Below are positions 6,686 through 10,020 of a stretch of DNA of 10,020 bases, one piece after another. A program made the position numbers and the translations under genes. Numbering within the stretch: position 1 is the stretch's first letter; every line of letters begins with the position of its first letter. Origin of the DNA: a virus; IMG/VR virus record IMGVR_UViG_3300010244_000056, positions 1 through 10,020 of that record; one strand, written 5' to 3'. The notes under the pieces were generated by a model. That model saw nothing but the letters and a program-made list of their open reading frames with translations, ran no database searches and was not told where the DNA came from.

Positions 6686-7855
6686 ATGAAAGTTAAACAA
6701 TTACGACAATTAGTCAATCAGGCAACACAAGAAGTTCTAGGTGAAGAAGGTGTTATCAACGAAGATCTTTCAAACGTTGTTGATGTGGGGAAGAAAATTG
6801 AAAATGCAGACAGCGTTGATAATTATGTGAAAAAGTTGGTTAATCATATTGGTAAAGTGACATTCCAAAATAGATCATATGCGGGTGGTGCGCCATCTGT
6901 ATTAATTGATAGTTGGGAATATGGCTCAATCCTTGAAAAAGTGAGCACAGAACTACCTGAAGCCAATGAAAATGAAACATATAAATTGACTGATGGGGCT
7001 GAATATTCCCCTGATATTTTCTATCAACCAAAAATTAGTACACAATTTTTCAACAGTAAAGTGACATTTGAAATTCCATTATCTTTTACAGAAAACCAAA
7101 TTAAAGAAAGTTTTTCAAGTGGCAATCAATTGAACGGTTTTGTTTCAATGCTAACAACAAGTGTTGAAAACTCATTCACTGTTAAACTTGATAATCTAAT
7201 CATGAGAACTATCAATAATATGATTGGTGAAACACTTAATGATGATGTTTCAAGTGATTTTACAAAAACAGGTGTTAAAGCGGTCAATCTTATTAGATTA
7301 TATAATGATGAATATGATACAAGTATTACAAAAGAAACCGCATTATCTAACCCCGACTTTATTCGTTATGCAACTTATATTATTGGTTTGTATAGTGATC
7401 GCATGAAAAAGATTTCAACCTTGTTCAATATTGGTGGTAAAGAAAAATTTACACCTGAAGAGCATCTTAACACAGTTTTATTGTCCGACTTTGAAAAAGC
7501 TAGTAATGTTTTCTTAAAAGCTGATCTGGAAAACAGCAATCAAATCACATTGCCTACTCATGAAACAGTTCCATATTGGCAAGGAAGCGGTAAAGATTAT
7601 AGTTTTAAATCTGTATCTAGCATTGATGTTAAAACTTCAAGTAAAAACAAAGTTGCAACCGATGGTATTTTAGGTGTTATGTTTGATCGTGAAGCTATTG
7701 GGGTTTCCAATCTTGATCGTAGAGTGACAACTAACTTCAATCCAAAAGCAGAATTTTATACGAATTTTTACAAATTTGAAGCAGGTTATTTCAATGATAA
7801 AAATGAAAATTTTGTCGTTTTCTTCTTAGGTGATGAAGCAGGTACTGAGTCTTAA
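6686..7855 (+). CDS. Putative major capsid protein
   Basis: 389 aa from ATG 6686, preceded by the best SD in the genome (AAGGAG 6671-6676, 9-nt spacing); TTG 6677 in the track is too close to the SD. It is followed by an intrinsic terminator, lies between the portal block and the tail gene, and has a size typical of small-podovirus capsid proteins. The fold cannot be judged by eye. Confidence 0.7.
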   Translation: MKVKQLRQLVNQATQEVLGEEGVINEDLSNVVDVGKKIENADSVDNYVKKLVNHIGKVTFQNRSYAGGAPSVLIDSWEYGSILEKVSTELPEANENETYKLTDGAEYSPDIFYQPKISTQFFNSKVTFEIPLSFTENQIKESFSSGNQLNGFVSMLTTSVENSFTVKLDNLIMRTINNMIGETLNDDVSSDFTKTGVKAVNLIRLYNDEYDTSITKETALSNPDFIRYATYIIGLYSDRMKKISTLFNIGGKEKFTPEEHLNTVLLSDFEKASNVFLKADLENSNQITLPTHETVPYWQGSGKDYSFKSVSSIDVKTSSKNKVATDGILGVMFDREAIGVSNLDRRVTTNFNPKAEFYTNFYKFEAGYFNDKNENFVVFFLGDEAGTES

Positions 7856-7860
7856 TGAAT

Positions 7861-7891
7861 GCGGTGCGGGTAACCACATCGCTTATTTTTT
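7861..7891 (+). terminator. Intrinsic terminator downstream of capsid gene
   Basis: Stem GCGGTGCGG (7861-7869) / CCACATCGC (7874-7882): 9 positions with one G-U and one mismatch, loop GTAA. TTATTTTTT follows (7883-7891). Confidence 0.6.
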
Positions 7892-7899
7892 GAGGTGTT

Positions 7900-8355
7900 A
7901 TGATGGAAATTGTTTTGTATGAAACAATGGATAATGATGATGTTTTAAATAAATCAAAAACAGAACAATATAGATTTAACATTCAATTGAAAAGTGAAAC
8001 CGACATACAAGAACCTAATATTAAATTGAGTGATGAGGGGTTAATGAATTTTAAACGATGTAATTATTGTTATATTGAAGATTTGCAACGTTATTATTTC
8101 ATTCGACGTGTTGAAAACATTAATAGTCAAATATGGTCTTTAGACCTAAAATGTGATGTTATTGAAACATATAAAAATGACATATTAAATAGTTATGCTA
8201 ATGTTTATAGAGGTATTAAAAAAGGTGATTATATGGAAATTAGTTCAGATTTTGAAACCAAAAAAACTTATGAAAAATTTGACAGTAATAAATCATTCAA
8301 TAACGTTGAAAATGTCATCATATTATCAACTTTAGGTGGTGGGGACAATAAGTAA
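7900..8355 (+). CDS. Tail knob protein, N-terminal part (phi29 gp9 N-domain-like)
   Basis: SD GAGGTG precedes the ATG. NYCYIEDLQRYYFIRRVENINSQIWSLDLKCDVIETYKNDI (8062-8184) parallels my recollection of the phi29 gp9 N-domain ([46 protein letters not shown]). VIILSTLGG resembles gp9 FLVIISKSIMHG. The ORF ends 20 nt inside the next ORF. Confidence 0.7.
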   Translation: MMEIVLYETMDNDDVLNKSKTEQYRFNIQLKSETDIQEPNIKLSDEGLMNFKRCNYCYIEDLQRYYFIRRVENINSQIWSLDLKCDVIETYKNDILNSYANVYRGIKKGDYMEISSDFETKKTYEKFDSNKSFNNVENVIILSTLGGGDNK

Positions 8356-9817
8356 TTTTCATGTAAAAGATGACGGTTTAAAAGTGACAACGGTTATATA
8401 TGAGGACGGTATTAAAAGAGAAACAAAAGTATATGCTATTAAAGGTGATAAAGATTATTACGTTGATACGATAGGTGATTTTTCCAACGTTAAATGGGAA
8501 ATGACCGTTAGACCAACTTACAGGGGTGAGTTTCTTGTTCCTGGAACTATAAGGCTTAAACATGACGACGGGTCATTATCTGGCAATGACGAGTACTTCA
8601 TTGTTGATGATGATTTTCAGGGTACAAATACCATTGTTCGTGAAAACTTGGAATCAGAAGATGACATTACAATTATGGGTGATGTATCATCAACAAAACC
8701 TGTTCCACCAGTTGACAATGTTAAAGTTTCATTTAATGATGTGAATGAACGTGGGGCAGAATTAAAAATAGTTGATGGATCTGAGACAATTAAAACCATC
8801 ACTGATTATGGGGACTATGATGTACCATCTAAAGATAACCAAACCTATGATCTACACATTGAACTTGTTGATAATACAGACTCATTTAAGGAAACACCTT
8901 ATTATATTTTAGATGGTATAAAAACAGATTTTACTATGAAAAACAGTGCTGAAACAAACCCTGTCACCTTATCATTTAATGGAATTGACAATGAGAAAAT
9001 TGAAATATATGGGCGTGTATCATCATCTGGTGATAATGGGGGTGGTGATGGTGGTGAAACTTCAGGTTTTAATCACATATATAAAGTCACAAAAGATGAT
9101 TTGAATGAGCTATCTAAAGAGCGTTTTGAGGTTGTAACAGCAGATTTTTCTGCCGACCTTATCGACTTAGGACAGAACATACTTAATGTCATGAAGATCC
9201 CATTTTCAGTTGATGATTTTCTGGGTGGTAATAATAAGATTGTTTTAGGTAATAAAACAACAAAAGTCACAGCACCTGAAATAACAAGTGATTTATTAGA
9301 AGTTGATCTAGGGTCTATTAAAGTCACTGAAAAATTTGGAAACTTATTTGATTATATGAATACAACCACAACTATTTACCTTCCATATATTGAAGAGATG
9401 GAATTGGACAAGTCATATGTTATTGGTGAAACTATATATATTAAATATGTGATTGATCTTTATTCAGGTGATGTTACAGTGAATATAACCAATACAAAAA
9501 ATGAACAAGTGAAGTCTAAAACAACAACAATTGGTAGACAAATACCATTTATACAAGAACAAGAACACACACAAATGTTTAGCGAATATTCAGGTAACAC
9601 ATTTTTCAATGGTATCTATCACGCATACATCATAGTTAGTAGAAATGAGCCTGTTAATATTGATAATGATATGAATCCTTACATATCTGACTATGGACAG
9701 TTAAAAAATTTCACAAGCCGTATTGTGGTTGATAATGTGGACTTGAAAACAAACGCGACATTACAAGAAAAACAGGAAATAATTAGCATATTAGAAGAAG
9801 GTTTGAATATAAATTGA
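8336..9817 (+). CDS. Tail knob protein, C-terminal part (phi29 gp9-like) with an N-proximal beta-rich insertion; start uncertain, possibly expressed as a fusion with 7900-8355
   Basis: TIYLPYIEEMELD (from 9371), GNTFFNGIYHAYIIVS (from 9593) and the C-terminal NATLQEKQEIISILEEGLNIN parallel my recollection of gp9 (MMYPYCVTEITD; GNTAFDYGNGYRGVYVIK; DINNNDLQEIRTIFDNGITLW). There is no ATG and no SD upstream of GTG 8336/8339. The frame opens right after TAG 8333-8335. Confidence 0.7.
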   Translation: MVGTISNFHVKDDGLKVTTVIYEDGIKRETKVYAIKGDKDYYVDTIGDFSNVKWEMTVRPTYRGEFLVPGTIRLKHDDGSLSGNDEYFIVDDDFQGTNTIVRENLESEDDITIMGDVSSTKPVPPVDNVKVSFNDVNERGAELKIVDGSETIKTITDYGDYDVPSKDNQTYDLHIELVDNTDSFKETPYYILDGIKTDFTMKNSAETNPVTLSFNGIDNEKIEIYGRVSSSGDNGGGDGGETSGFNHIYKVTKDDLNELSKERFEVVTADFSADLIDLGQNILNVMKIPFSVDDFLGGNNKIVLGNKTTKVTAPEITSDLLEVDLGSIKVTEKFGNLFDYMNTTTTIYLPYIEEMELDKSYVIGETIYIKYVIDLYSGDVTVNITNTKNEQVKSKTTTIGRQIPFIQEQEHTQMFSEYSGNTFFNGIYHAYIIVSRNEPVNIDNDMNPYISDYGQLKNFTSRIVVDNVDLKTNATLQEKQEIISILEEGLNIN

Positions 9818-9850
9818 AGTAGTGCTAAGGTACTACTTCTTTTGTTTTTT
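9817..9850 (+). terminator. Intrinsic terminator after the last gene
   Basis: Stem AAGTAGTGC (9817-9825) / GTACTACTT (9830-9838): 9 bp including one G-U, loop TAAG. CTTTTGTTTTTT follows (9839-9850). Confidence 0.7.
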
Positions 9851-10020
9851 AATTAATTTATTAGGTTACCATTTGTTCATAGTTGGTTCTATTAAGAATA
9901 TTAAATAGGTTCAATAAAAATTTAATGACAGAAAATTTTGAATCTAATTAGAATCGAAAAAAATAATTGTGAGAATATTATGGGAAATGAGATAACGGAG
10001 AGGGGGGGTGCGGATATCCC
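9841..10020. repeat. Right inverted terminal repeat (180 bp)
   Basis: Exact reverse complement of 1-180. Its inner edge (9841-9850, TTTGTTTTTT) doubles as the U-tract of the last terminator. Confidence 0.97.

Larger units (their letters stand above)
1..10020 (+). other. Apparently complete linear phage genome (phi29-like, protein-primed, podovirus-type) bounded by inverted terminal repeats
   Basis: Perfect 180-bp ITRs lie exactly at both window ends. A terminal-protein candidate, a protein-primed-type PolB, a gp16-like ATPase, a gp10-like connector, a capsid candidate and a gp9-like tail knob all sit on one strand. No cellular genes are present. Confidence 0.8.

Noticed and set aside
7224-8744. 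Plus-strand alternative-frame ORFs 7224..7406 and 8562..8744
   Set aside because: They are embedded out of frame in the capsid and knob genes, are Met/Leu/Gln-rich in AT-biased composition, and have no SD. No overlapping-gene signal is seen.
862-9327. Minus-strand ORFs in the track (862..1053, 1295..1630, 2432..2653, 4619..4810, 6840..7031, 7791..7982, 8378..8563, 8617..8802, 9073..9327)
   Set aside because: Each lies entirely antisense within a well-supported + strand gene. They are short (61-111 aa), have low-complexity or odd composition (Phe/Ile/Leu/Ser-rich, as expected from AT-rich antisense frames), and lack visible SD sites. They are most likely chance ORFs.
1-10020. Mollicute genetic code (TGA = Trp), as an explanation for the missing lysis genes
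   Set aside because: TGA terminates six of the eleven track-listed genes (1064-1066, 1710-1712, 3825-3827, 5103-5105, 6128-6130, 9815-9817), exactly where the next gene's SD and start follow. Trp is encoded by TGG throughout and no conserved motif is interrupted by TGA. Standard code 11 fits.
1-10020. Temperate lifestyle, or a plasmid or transposon identity
   Set aside because: No integrase, recombinase, partition or repressor-operator module is recognisable. The structural and packaging genes argue for a virulent phage rather than a linear plasmid. The XRE-like protein alone is insufficient evidence for lysogeny.

Overview
The 10,020-nt window appears to be one complete linear dsDNA phage genome, not a chromosomal fragment. 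Positions 1-180 are the exact reverse complement of 9841-10020 (checked base by base), giving perfect 180-bp inverted terminal repeats flush with both window ends. Between them, 12-13 tightly packed genes all read on the + strand. The early region has two sigma70-like promoters, a 46-aa ORF absent from the ORF track, a 116-aa possible DNA-binding/SSB analogue and an XRE-like HTH protein. The replication module is a 213-aa terminal-protein candidate directly upstream of a 701-aa family-B DNA polymerase with all Exo/Pol motifs. The morphogenesis module is phi29-type: a gp16-like encapsidation ATPase, a YvrJ-like small membrane protein, and a gp10-like connector with a perfect 6.7 x 21-bp repeat encoding (VEPEPEQ)n. 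It continues with a 181-aa Thr/Asp/Asn/Lys-rich protein in the lower-collar position, a putative major capsid protein, and a gp9-like tail knob split into two overlapping ORFs at a GGGG run. Terminator-like hairpins follow the 116-aa gene, the capsid gene and the last gene. The sequence is AT-rich (by eye about 30% G+C, not computed). It uses strong Gram-positive-type Shine-Dalgarno sites, several GTG/TTG starts and TGA as a stop (standard code). Most notable: the genome is about half the size of phi29/Cp-1-type phages yet keeps the replication, packaging, portal, capsid and tail-knob core. I can find no endolysin, tail-associated lysin, appendage/fibre gene or coiled-coil scaffold protein, and no room for a phi29-style pRNA gene. 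All homology statements come from my recollection of family motifs and phi29 protein sequences, not from a database search.
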